Source: an uncultured Bacteroides sp.
Lineage (GTDB): Bacteria > Bacteroidota > Bacteroidia > Bacteroidales > GCA-2748055
Direction: 5' to 3'
DNA: 64,000 bases
Assembly (NCBI GenBank): GCA_964500835.1
Contig: CAZCQL010000007.1
Location: forward strand, 31,871 to 95,870
Part shown: positions 10,121 through 18,826 of the stretch, one piece after another
Layout: every line of letters begins with the position of its first letter
Numbering within the stretch: the first letter of the stretch is position 1
Notes under the pieces: generated by a model
What the model was told of the DNA's origin: nothing
The model's input: only the letters and a program-made list of their open reading frames with translations
Databases searched by the model: none
Translations under genes and position numbers: made by a program

Positions 10121-10148
10121 GGAATGTTCAATCCGTTTGGAATGTTCA
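10121..10148. repeat. Perfect 10-bp direct repeat GGAATGTTCA, two copies with an 8-bp spacer, in the divergent promoter region
   Basis: Read directly from the sequence: GGAATGTTCA at 10121-10130 and again at 10139-10148, spacer ATCCGTTT. It lies 59-86 bp upstream of the ATG at 10207 and 56-83 bp upstream of the yhhQ start (10065, minus strand). Confidence 0.6.
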
Positions 10149-10206
10149 TTACTTGTTTTAAAAGATATTTAATTAATCACTTAATTGTAAGCTGCATATA
10201 GAGTAT

Positions 10207-13200
10207 ATGAAAACGGGAATTGGGAAATTGCTTCAGATTGAGCAGGGAAACCGGCCCATGATTGGGGCACTTCTGCTACAGGCCGTTTGTACCGGGATCT
10301 TTGTTGGGTCCCTGGAACTGGAGGCTAATGCTGTATTCCTGGAAACATTTGGTGCGGATCGCATTCCGCTGGCTATGATGATTTCCGGGGCGGCCGGCAT
10401 CCTCATTGCCACGATCTACAGCTATTTTAGCAAACAACTTGGAGTAAAAGCATTCGGAATGGTAAATCTCGCAGTGGTGATGGGAATCACCGCTGCATTG
10501 CTTATAGGTTTCCGATTACTTCAAAAAGAGCAACTCGATTTCACCGTTTTTGTCTTTACAGGCCCCATGGTTTTAATTACCCTGTTGGGATTCTGGATTA
10601 CTGTAAGAGGATTTCTATCACCGAGTAAAGGAAAGCAATTGACCGGCCTTATTGAAGTCGCTCTGATTGGAGGCATGGTATTGGCATTTGTGGCAGTTCC
10701 ACAATTGGTGAGATTGGGCGTCATGATCCAGAAGATACTCTATCTGGGTATGGGTAGTCTAATTATCGCCACAGGAGCACAGCTTTATGTGCTGACTCAG
10801 ATTGGCAGGTTTCACCACCGCTTTAGAAAGAGGGTGAAAAGTACAGGCCCCCTGGGATTGTTTTCGAACAGGTTTACCGGTTTGATGGCTGGTTTTGTGG
10901 TAATGGGTGTTGCAGTTGCAGTACTGCTTCAGTTTACTTTTTTATGGGTAACCGGAAACCGGTTCCCCGGTGGGATCGAACTTGTCTCTTTCCTTGGTTA
11001 CTTTTCCGGGATAATGATGGCACTGGCGTGGCTGATGAAAAGGTTCCTCTTTGGCTGGATCAAGAAAAAATACGGGATTCGAATGACCCTTTTGTTCTCA
11101 CCGGTTCTGTTGTTGCTATTAACTATTGCCTCAGCCATAGCAGGTGAGAGTTATGGATTTGCGGGCGAAGCACATCTTTTCACCTATTTTTTCATGCTGG
11201 TGGTATTTTCGAAATTCATTGGCAGAAGCATGAAGGAGTCTATGGAGGATCCATCCATGAACCTTATTTATCAGTCCCTGGATCCAAAGGACCGCCATAA
11301 TGTCCAATCGGGTATCGAAGGTGTACTAAGTCAGATAGGCGTTTTTACTGCGGGACTTTTCCTTGCGTGTTATGTCATGATAGGTTTCGTTGAGATTTAC
11401 CACGTGACTTACGTCTTGTTTGTGTTCCTGATCGTCTGGTTTTTTATTGGACTGGTCCTTTATCGCAGTTACCATAAAATGCTGGAAGTAACGCTTAAGT
11501 CTGACCGCATCAAAGACACGGTAGACGTAAGTTTGAAAGATCTGGTCAAAATGGATATGGAGAAGACGGCTTTTCCGATGGAATTACTGGAATTCAACGC
11601 ATATTATTATCATTATACTTCAAGGGATAAGTTACTCTCCTTGCTTAGCCATCCTCAAAGCAGGATACGCAGCCACATTTGGGATCATCTGTTGGAGTCT
11701 TCCCCCGGATTGCCTGAGCTAACGATCAGTCAGCTGTTGGCTAAGGAATCAGAGCCGGATATCAAAGCACAAATCAGAAAACTCGGTCAGCGAAAACTGA
11801 GGACAAGACTTGGATTACAGGAAGCTTTTATAAAAGAGCGGCTCGATCGATTTAGCGAAGAAAAGGTTGAACCTGACAATGCCATTGAAGAAGCATTTCA
11901 TTCCGGAGAAAGCAATGAGATCTTTGCAGCTCTCTATCATGTGGCAGAGGAGCACGACCGGACATTTCTTCCAGAAGTAATTTCCCTGCTGAGGGACAAG
12001 GATTCGGCAATTATAAGGGTGGCCATTTCCACTGCAGGCCAGATCGATACCGGTGGGAATGGCATAAAACTCATTGATTTTCTGGATCATCCAAAGCTAT
12101 ATTCCGGAGCATGGTCGGCTCTGGTTAAACAGGGTGAACGTGTGCTTGAGGAATTAGAGACTGCTTTTTATAAACCCGGCGCTCACATCAAATTGCAGAA
12201 GCGCGTCGTTTCGGTGATCTCGGCAATTGGGGGTGATCGGGCCGTGCAACTTCTGCTTGACAAACTTGATTACCATCACAGAGAGGTATTCCATTCTGTA
12301 GTGAGGGGACTATATGAGAATCAGTTCCAGGCCTCGGAGATCCAGGTTGCACTCATCCAGAATGCAATCCTCAGGATGGTCCATACCGGTACCTGGAACA
12401 TGGCCGCCAGAATCTCTGTCAGGACCGATGATCCCGGGGGAAGTCTGGCTAAAGCAATTGACCATGAGATCTGGGATGTCAATGAGGTGATCCTGATGTT
12501 AATGGCCATGATCTTCGACAGGCGGTCGGTACGTCGCATAAGGCTGAGTTTGCTTGACAGGGAAGAGGACGATCGGGGGATGTCCATTGAGTTATTGGAT
12601 CTGTTACTGAGTGAGCCTTTAAAAACTGTCCTTATTTCTTATTTTCAGGACGTTGCCGTAAGGGAGAAGATAGACAAACTAAAAGAATTGTATCCCATAG
12701 ATATCTTTCCAGTTGAAGTACTACTAAAAAGGATATTGAACCGTGATGGAACTCAAATGGGTGACTTTATCCGGATCTGCGTATTGGAAAGAATGGGGAA
12801 TGTGGATCGTTTTTTTGACGAACAACAGATAATTGCACAGGGATTTCATCCAAATCCCAAAATTCGTGAAACCGCAGCGCAATTATTGCGTAAAAACAAT
12901 CCTGAGCGGTTCAATATGGTCACAGAACGTCTGGATTTCCCGGACAATAGTTTCCCTGATCATGAGGACGCTGCAAAATGGTACATGGATACCACTATGA
13001 AGCTTACCGCTTGGAAATTGTTTTTGGATGTAGGAATAAATGCCCTGTTTAAGCTGGTTTCGGGACTACAGCCTTACTCCGAGGATGTCTTATCCGAAGG
13101 AGATTTTGTGGTTCTGGCAAGGTCAGCTGCAGCAGATGAATTTACTCCTCTTTCGTCGGGAATTGCGATTATTGCGGCATACCAGCCTGAAATTTTAGAG

Positions 13201-13332
13201 CAAATTCGTTATCTTGGTACTATCGGAACGTGTGAGGCGTACTTGATTGAAAGAGGAGAATTCATTGAACTTTTGTTTGATGACAGGAGTTTATTGCACG
13301 TTTTTTGTGCTTTTTTAAACCAAAGCACTTAA
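10207..13332 (+). CDS. Large polytopic membrane protein (~11-12 TM, MFS/nucleotide-translocase-like N-terminal third) with a ~600-aa cytoplasmic helical-repeat (HEAT-like) region and a degenerate cNMP-binding-like C-terminus
   Basis: 1041-aa ORF. Residues ~1-430 are a series of hydrophobic helices (e.g. IPLAMMISGAAGILIATIYSYF, VMGVAVAVLLQFTFLWV). The remainder is soluble, leucine-rich and alpha-helical in repeat character. The last ~110 aa (LFKLVSGLQPYSEDVLSEGDFVV...AYLIERGEFIELLFDDRSLLHVF) resemble a CAP/cNMP effector fold but lack a clear phosphate-binding cassette. The coding call is firm; the functional call is weak. Confidence 0.5.
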   Translation: MKTGIGKLLQIEQGNRPMIGALLLQAVCTGIFVGSLELEANAVFLETFGADRIPLAMMISGAAGILIATIYSYFSKQLGVKAFGMVNLAVVMGITAALLIGFRLLQKEQLDFTVFVFTGPMVLITLLGFWITVRGFLSPSKGKQLTGLIEVALIGGMVLAFVAVPQLVRLGVMIQKILYLGMGSLIIATGAQLYVLTQIGRFHHRFRKRVKSTGPLGLFSNRFTGLMAGFVVMGVAVAVLLQFTFLWVTGNRFPGGIELVSFLGYFSGIMMALAWLMKRFLFGWIKKKYGIRMTLLFSPVLLLLLTIASAIAGESYGFAGEAHLFTYFFMLVVFSKFIGRSMKESMEDPSMNLIYQSLDPKDRHNVQSGIEGVLSQIGVFTAGLFLACYVMIGFVEIYHVTYVLFVFLIVWFFIGLVLYRSYHKMLEVTLKSDRIKDTVDVSLKDLVKMDMEKTAFPMELLEFNAYYYHYTSRDKLLSLLSHPQSRIRSHIWDHLLESSPGLPELTISQLLAKESEPDIKAQIRKLGQRKLRTRLGLQEAFIKERLDRFSEEKVEPDNAIEEAFHSGESNEIFAALYHVAEEHDRTFLPEVISLLRDKDSAIIRVAISTAGQIDTGGNGIKLIDFLDHPKLYSGAWSALVKQGERVLEELETAFYKPGAHIKLQKRVVSVISAIGGDRAVQLLLDKLDYHHREVFHSVVRGLYENQFQASEIQVALIQNAILRMVHTGTWNMAARISVRTDDPGGSLAKAIDHEIWDVNEVILMLMAMIFDRRSVRRIRLSLLDREEDDRGMSIELLDLLLSEPLKTVLISYFQDVAVREKIDKLKELYPIDIFPVEVLLKRILNRDGTQMGDFIRICVLERMGNVDRFFDEQQIIAQGFHPNPKIRETAAQLLRKNNPERFNMVTERLDFPDNSFPDHEDAAKWYMDTTMKLTAWKLFLDVGINALFKLVSGLQPYSEDVLSEGDFVVLARSAAADEFTPLSSGIAIIAAYQPEILEQIRYLGTIGTCEAYLIERGEFIELLFDDRSLLHVFCAFLNQST

Positions 13333-13374
13333 ATTTTGGTTTAAGAGCAGTAATTGTAGATAATGAATTGAATT

Positions 13375-16300
13375 ATGGGCGGATCCTCATTGATCAAGAC
13401 CGGGGTGCTTCAGAGAAATCCATTTCCTGGCATCAGGCCATTTACCTCGGCCGAGGATAAATATTTTTTTGGCAGGGAAGGGGCTGTCATGGAGGTGGTG
13501 GAATCCCTCCTTGCAAATAGATTTGTAGCTCTCATTGGTGCTTCAGGCAGTGGGAAAACTTCGCTGATCCAATCGGGAATCATCCCCGAACTGATAACGG
13601 ATGAAAAACAGGAGTGGGTTCCGGTTTCCATCCGGCCAGGCCAAAAACCGGTTGAGAGCCTGATCCGGGGATTTCAGCAAGTGTTCCCGAAAAAGGTTAC
13701 CGAATCTGATGTGCAGTCATTTCTCTCGGGTTCTCAGAGCCTTGGAGACCTTGTAAATGAAAAAGGGCTGGGTAGTCACAACTACTACCTGGTCGTAGAT
13801 CAATTTGAAGAAATATTCCGGAATGGACTTTCTAGCAAGAAAAAGAAAAAAAATGGTCGGAGTCCCGAAACAGTTCGGTTTGTGGACCTCCTTATTAAGG
13901 CGGTAACTGAGGAAAAGCCAGGAATTTTTGTGATGATATCGATCCGTGCGGATTATATTGATGCATGTTCGATGTACCGCACTCTTACCGAGCAATTGAA
14001 CAGGAGCAAATACCTTCTTCCATTGATGGCCCGTGAAGCCTTGTCTAAAACTATTATGGGACCAATCCGTCTGGCAGGTGCAGTCGTTGAATCGGGATTT
14101 GAAGAGTACCTGTTGGATGATTTGGATGAAGTGGATACCCAACTACCCATGCTTCAGCATGCACTCATGCGTACATGGGACTATTGGACCATGCAAGGAA
14201 ATCCGGATCAACCCATAACTATAAGTGATTACCAGGCCATCGGAACCATCCGGAATGCCCTGAGTGACCAACTTGAAGAGGCATATGAGGAGCTAAACCA
14301 ACATCAGAAATCCATTTGTGAGAGGCTTTTCAAAACCATTACCTACAAGAGTGAGCAACATGATGGATTTCTGCGGGAAGCATCGCTGGGCAACATAGCC
14401 AGAATTTCTCAATGCAGTGTCGATGACCTGGCAGAAGTAGTGGAAGTTTTCAGAAAACCTGGTCGTGCCTTTATCTCTCCGCACAATACAGTGTCCTTAT
14501 CTTCAGATTCCCTGATTGAACTTTCGCATGAATCTCTCATCCGGATCTGGGACAGGCTTCAGGAATGGGTTGATGAAGAGGCAGACTCGATTGGCATGTA
14601 CCTAAGGCTCTCGGAGGCATCAGCACTATACCAGCAAGGCAGAACAGAATTATGGAGACCCCCTGAACTTCAGGTTGCGTTGAATTGGAGAGATTCTCAG
14701 AATCCCACACCTGCCTGGGGAGTTCAATATAATCCTGCCTTTGAGAGGGCCATGGTTTTTTTAACAACCAGTGAGGAAGATTACCTGTGGGATGAGGAAC
14801 GTAAGGTTATCTTGCAGCGTAGAAGATTGATCCTGAATCGGGCCATCGCCATATTTATGGGTGCATTAGTTATTGTTTTGGGGGTAGTCTTTTTTACTAA
14901 CAAGAACAAGCCCGCTGTAACAGAACAACCCGAACAATTAGCCGAGGATTATACATATGTACCTGAAAATCGTACAACAACACCAGCTGTCACCGAAGAG
15001 ATCCTCTTGGATCCGGTAGAGGATACATATCAGGATTCCGATCTACCTGGTTCAGATAATTTGGATCCGGGATCATCCGCGGAAACGGCACCTCTGCCTG
15101 TGGTTGAAAACAGGCAGCCACAAAACAGGCAAAATCCCGGAACCCAGGTTTCAAATAATTCCAGAAATAGACCAACTACACAACGGGAGATTGTTCCCAC
15201 ACCTGCGAGTTCGAATGAAGATACCCGATTAGAAAACCAGCAAAGGATCTTATCCCTTGCAAAGGAAGTATCAATGAAAAGTGTGGATATATCCAGAAAT
15301 CCTGATTTACAGGGACTTCTGGCCTATCAGGCGTATGAACTTAATTCCCGGTTTAATGGCAGGTATTACGATGTGGATATTTACAATGGTCTGTATGCCG
15401 CTTTAAAGAAGCTTATCTCCCCGGCCTATAACATTTATCCAAATATGAGGACCTCCATCAAATCAATTAAATGGCTGGATAGAACAGGCAGCATTTTGAC
15501 AGCAAGCAGCGATGGGTCCATTAAGATCCTTTCAGGAAATTATTCTAACCGGTCTTCACAGATTACCCTGAACAGCACAGGACTCAATAATGAATGCCTT
15601 GCCATAAGCCCGGATGAGCGGATTGCTGCAGTAGGCACCAACGGAGGTGGCCTGTTATTTATTGAATTGGAAAGGGAGGGTGAAGTGATCAACAGTAATA
15701 CGAGCCAGGGTAAAATCGTTTTATTCCTCGAAAACCTTGGAAATTCGGGCAGCTTTATTTCTGCCGGGACTGAGAATAGGATTCTTAAATGGGAGTATAG
15801 CAGTTTTGCAAGTTCCACACTTGTATCCACAGAAGCAAGACCTTCGGCACTGGCGGCTTCTTCCAATGGCCAAAAAGCTGCCTTCGGAACCAGAGACGGT
15901 AAACTATTTGAACTGGAAATAAATGCTCCGGATGGGATAAGACAAATTGGCGATTTCGGGCAGAATCATGTAAGGGCATTGTCATACAGCCCCGGAGGTC
16001 AATACCTGGTAGCCGGACTTCTTGATGGTACACTCAGGGTATTGGCCGGAGATGGCCGCAGCACCATTGCCACATTACGAGGCCCCGGTGCCCGGGTGGC
16101 AGACCTTGACTACAGTCCTGATGGCAGGTTCCTGGTGGCTGCATCTCATGATGGAAATGTGTACCTATGGAACACCTCTGATTGGAGTAACCCTCCCATC
16201 ATTTTCAACGAAAACAATGGGTTCGTGCTTGCCGTTTGTTTTAGCAGGAATAGTGGATATTTTTACAGCGGAAGCGTAGATTATCCACGTCTGATTGGAC

Positions 16301-16431
16301 GGCCTTCAGAATCATCTCAAATGGCCAATAATTTTTGTTCACTGGTGGGAAGGAACCTTACTCAGGCAGAATGGGACCAGTATTTTGGGGGAGATGTCCC
16401 TTATGAAAGAACCTGTTCTGAGGTAAATTAA
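13375..16431 (+). CDS. Membrane-anchored STAND-class P-loop NTPase with C-terminal WD40 beta-propeller
   Basis: 1018-aa ORF. The N-terminus NPFPGIRPFTSAEDKYFFGRE, Walker A GASGSGKTS and Walker B YYLVVDQFEEIF are present. Helical/wHTH-like signature segments follow: LPMLQHALMRTWDYW and LSHESLIRIWDRLQEWVDEE. A single TM helix (RRRLILNRAIAIFMGALVIVLGVVFFTNK, aa ~485-507, nt ~14827-14895) comes next, then a P/T/Q/N/E-rich linker (aa ~508-620). WD40-type repeats close the protein (ILTASSDGSIKIL, YLVAGLLDGTLRVL, FLVAASHDGNVYLW). Confidence 0.8.
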   Translation: MGGSSLIKTGVLQRNPFPGIRPFTSAEDKYFFGREGAVMEVVESLLANRFVALIGASGSGKTSLIQSGIIPELITDEKQEWVPVSIRPGQKPVESLIRGFQQVFPKKVTESDVQSFLSGSQSLGDLVNEKGLGSHNYYLVVDQFEEIFRNGLSSKKKKKNGRSPETVRFVDLLIKAVTEEKPGIFVMISIRADYIDACSMYRTLTEQLNRSKYLLPLMAREALSKTIMGPIRLAGAVVESGFEEYLLDDLDEVDTQLPMLQHALMRTWDYWTMQGNPDQPITISDYQAIGTIRNALSDQLEEAYEELNQHQKSICERLFKTITYKSEQHDGFLREASLGNIARISQCSVDDLAEVVEVFRKPGRAFISPHNTVSLSSDSLIELSHESLIRIWDRLQEWVDEEADSIGMYLRLSEASALYQQGRTELWRPPELQVALNWRDSQNPTPAWGVQYNPAFERAMVFLTTSEEDYLWDEERKVILQRRRLILNRAIAIFMGALVIVLGVVFFTNKNKPAVTEQPEQLAEDYTYVPENRTTTPAVTEEILLDPVEDTYQDSDLPGSDNLDPGSSAETAPLPVVENRQPQNRQNPGTQVSNNSRNRPTTQREIVPTPASSNEDTRLENQQRILSLAKEVSMKSVDISRNPDLQGLLAYQAYELNSRFNGRYYDVDIYNGLYAALKKLISPAYNIYPNMRTSIKSIKWLDRTGSILTASSDGSIKILSGNYSNRSSQITLNSTGLNNECLAISPDERIAAVGTNGGGLLFIELEREGEVINSNTSQGKIVLFLENLGNSGSFISAGTENRILKWEYSSFASSTLVSTEARPSALAASSNGQKAAFGTRDGKLFELEINAPDGIRQIGDFGQNHVRALSYSPGGQYLVAGLLDGTLRVLAGDGRSTIATLRGPGARVADLDYSPDGRFLVAASHDGNVYLWNTSDWSNPPIIFNENNGFVLAVCFSRNSGYFYSGSVDYPRLIGRPSESSQMANNFCSLVGRNLTQAEWDQYFGGDVPYERTCSEVN

Positions 16432-16446
16432 TTAAAACAATCTGAT

Positions 16447-17568
16447 ATGCGTAAATGGATCCTAATCATCATTTCTCTTTGTCTGGGGTGTCACTCCTTG
16501 GTGGCCCAGGATGTGGTGGGATGTACCCAACTTCTTGAAGATGCCAAAGAAGCCTATGCTGCAGGAATGGTGGAACTTGTGCCAGAGTTACTGCTCCCTT
16601 GTATAGAATCCGGAGGGATGACCGGAACCACTAAGCAGGAAGCATACAAACTATTGATCAATGCATATCTGTTCGATTACCTTCCTGAGGAGGCTGACAG
16701 CCTGATGGATGATTTTGTCGAAGAATTTCCTGACTACAGGGCCAGCGCATCAGATGCTTCCGAATTTGTATTATTGCTGGAGACACATCTTCGCGCCAGG
16801 GGTATTGATCCCAATGCAGTTGTAATTTCCGATGACCAGCGTAACCAGGTTACGGAGCCCGTTAGGACAAGTGATACAAGGGCCCGTTACAGAACTCCCT
16901 TTGTGTATGGCAATTCGATGGGCTTTATTGTAGGGTCCAATGGCACATTTCCTCAAATAATTGAAAGATACAGTATCGGAGACCCAGCGGCAGATAAAGG
17001 GAGTTTTGGTTTTGCCCCAGGATTTCAACTGGGTGCCACGATGAATTTATTACTGAACGACCGCCTGGAAACTTCTTTCGGGGTGCTCTATAACCGGACC
17101 AGATTCAGTTTTACGTCCTCGCCATTCCTTTTTTCCAGCTACACCTATGAAGAGTCACAGGACCATCTTCAGATACCCGCTGCCATGATATTTAAACTAA
17201 ATCCTGAAACCTCAGGAACAAGCGTTTATTTGCGGGTGGGAGTGGTCGCGGATTATTTGCTTGGGGCCTCAGGGGCAGGTACCCGGAGTTATACGGAGTC
17301 ATTAAGAGATATAGTTGTAGAGAAAACGAAGATCAAAGACTCTCGCGCCCGGATGAATTTGCATGGAATGGCAGGGCTGGGAGTAAGAATCCCTTTCGAA
17401 AGAGCATTTCTGTTTCTAGAGACCAGGATTACCTCAGGATTGTTCCTGGTCAACCGCGAAGAGAACCGATACGAAAACCAGGACCTGACCTGGTTACTCT
17501 ATCATGTAGATAGTGATTTCAGGATCCACCAGGTAAGCTTTTCTGCCGGAATTGCCTGGAATCTTTAA
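16447..17568 (+). CDS. Secreted protein with an N-terminal helical (TPR-like) region and a C-terminal outer-membrane beta-barrel (PorT/OMP_b-brl-like)
   Basis: The signal peptide is MRKWILIIISLCLGCHSLVAQD. The C-terminal ~200 aa show the alternating hydrophobic pattern of amphipathic beta strands (FGFAPGFQLGATMNLLL, SFGVLYNRTRFSF, VYLRVGVVADYLLG, GMAGLGVRIPF, HQVSFSAGIAWNL), ending in an aromatic-containing terminal strand. Confidence 0.55.
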   Translation: MRKWILIIISLCLGCHSLVAQDVVGCTQLLEDAKEAYAAGMVELVPELLLPCIESGGMTGTTKQEAYKLLINAYLFDYLPEEADSLMDDFVEEFPDYRASASDASEFVLLLETHLRARGIDPNAVVISDDQRNQVTEPVRTSDTRARYRTPFVYGNSMGFIVGSNGTFPQIIERYSIGDPAADKGSFGFAPGFQLGATMNLLLNDRLETSFGVLYNRTRFSFTSSPFLFSSYTYEESQDHLQIPAAMIFKLNPETSGTSVYLRVGVVADYLLGASGAGTRSYTESLRDIVVEKTKIKDSRARMNLHGMAGLGVRIPFERAFLFLETRITSGLFLVNREENRYENQDLTWLLYHVDSDFRIHQVSFSAGIAWNL

Positions 17569-17589
17569 AACCTCAAGAAGCAATTGACC

Positions 17590-18798
17590 ATGAAATACAA
17601 TATAATCATGTTATCCGCGTTTTTGGGTTTCCTTTTCTCGTGTGAACGGGAAATGTCGCCCGGGCAAGCGGAAAAGTTTATTAAATATTATGGGAACTTC
17701 CTGATGGATGAAGCCCGGGATGTAGAGGTGCTTGACGACGGGGGGTTTGCCATTTGCGGGATTGATTCTGTAGCGGACCTGGGGAAAAGAATGGTATTAA
17801 TTGTCACTGACAAATACGGCAATCTTAAAAACGGATTTCCTAATTATTACACCGAGGAAGGGTTGGAATCAGGAGCTAATGCCCTTGTACCCATACGAGG
17901 CGGGCAGGGAGGATTTCTAGTGGCTGGTTATCTGGAACGTCCGGTGATCAGTGCCGTAAATTCCGCAGATACCCAGAAGGACATGTTCCTTGTGAAAGTG
18001 TCGCCCACAGGTCAAGTAGGTTGGCAGGAGAGTTACGGAACTGTGGAAGATGAGGTTATACTCCATGTAACCGAGAGAATATCATCTGGATATATGCTGG
18101 CAGGGTACCAGGTGAAGGAAGGAAAATCGGATATCCTGATCATGGGTGTTGCCGAAGAGGGTGATTCTATTAAATTGGGACTGAACTACAACAATCCCTA
18201 TGCCGAAAATGGCAAAGCAAATTTTCTTCTAAATACTGGCGAGCAATACCTGTGCGTGTGTACCTACGATAAAATAGGGAAACAAGGTACCGATATCCTG
18301 GTTCTTGGTTTCGACGACGAGTTGAGCCCGATAGATAAGAATCTTACGGATGATTCCAACGAGTTTGGCACCTGCATCATTGAGGATGATCCAGACACTT
18401 ACCTGGTCCTGGGCAACCGAATAAATTCATCCGGCAAGATTGATATGGTTGTTCACGAAATAAAAACACAAGGTTTTTTAATTACCAGCTCTGTTTTGCG
18501 TGCAACGACTTCGGAGGGAAATATGGACATGATAGGAGAGAGGTTTGTGAAGACCGAAGATGGAAGGTATGCCATTGTTGGAACAAGACGTGGAGGAGGA
18601 AACAGCGATATTTTCCTGCAGTTCCTTACATCCGAGAAAATAGAATCGGGACGAATCATCTTTGGAACAACAGGCGAACAGTCGGGTGCCGATATTGGTC
18701 TCCCAGATGATGGAGGCATCGTTATTCTGGGTACAAGTAAATATGAAGACAATAGCATGATTTCGCTGATCAGGACCACCAATACAGGTGATCTTTAG
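17590..18798 (+). CDS. Lipoprotein with repeated beta-propeller-like units
   Basis: The lipoprotein signal is MKYNIIMLSAFLGFLFS-C. Units recur about every 45-60 aa with a D-G-G-aromatic...G core (DDGGFAICGI, GGFLVAGY, SSGYMLAGY, DGRYAIVGT, DDGGIVILGT) interleaved with D-hydrophobic-K/G strands (DMFLVKVSPTGQVGW, DILIMGV, DILVLGF). The start is set at the ATG 17590 rather than the TTG 17584. Confidence 0.5.
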   Translation: MKYNIIMLSAFLGFLFSCEREMSPGQAEKFIKYYGNFLMDEARDVEVLDDGGFAICGIDSVADLGKRMVLIVTDKYGNLKNGFPNYYTEEGLESGANALVPIRGGQGGFLVAGYLERPVISAVNSADTQKDMFLVKVSPTGQVGWQESYGTVEDEVILHVTERISSGYMLAGYQVKEGKSDILIMGVAEEGDSIKLGLNYNNPYAENGKANFLLNTGEQYLCVCTYDKIGKQGTDILVLGFDDELSPIDKNLTDDSNEFGTCIIEDDPDTYLVLGNRINSSGKIDMVVHEIKTQGFLITSSVLRATTSEGNMDMIGERFVKTEDGRYAIVGTRRGGGNSDIFLQFLTSEKIESGRIIFGTTGEQSGADIGLPDDGGIVILGTSKYEDNSMISLIRTTNTGDL

Positions 18799-18826
18799 CT
18801 GCTGTCATATAAGGAAATTGATTTTT

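Noticed and set aside
9728-10201. 157-aa plus-strand ORF overlapping yhhQ and the divergent promoter region
   Set aside because: It is antisense to the YhhQ membrane protein. The product is Arg/Thr/Pro-rich and non-globular-looking, with no family resemblance. It is most likely a shadow ORF.
10066-10206. Possible preQ1 riboswitch upstream of the yhhQ-type queuosine-precursor transporter
   Set aside because: I read the minus-strand leader and could not find the short hairpin plus the conserved C-rich/A-rich tail of preQ1-I. I also could not find a convincing pseudoknot. A covariance-model scan (Rfam preQ1-I/II/III) would be decisive.
13846-13853. A8 homopolymer within the STAND gene (Lys run SSKKKKKNG), and an A9 tract at 33242-33250 in the NUDIX gene, as phase-variation switches
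   Set aside because: Both tracts are in frame and encode Lys runs in apparently intact genes. The tracts are short for efficient slipped-strand switching, and I have no population data. I note them but make no claim.
13717-14142. 141-aa minus-strand ORF inside the STAND NTPase gene. Similar antisense ORFs occur at 15540-15866, 20301-20753, 22317-22655, 47139-47513, 53159-53572 and 44016-44438.
   Set aside because: All lie opposite long ORFs with clear family signatures. None has a motif, a signal peptide or plausible start context. I treat them as non-coding.
13375-16431. Reading the STAND NTPase as an Avs/bNACHT-type anti-phage defence protein
   Set aside because: No N-terminal effector (nuclease, TIR, protease, SIR2 and so on) is present. 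The sensor repeats are predicted to lie on the periplasmic side of a TM helix, which does not fit recognition of cytosolic phage proteins. The neighbours are exported structural-looking proteins rather than defence genes. The idea is kept only as an alternative to test, not as a call.
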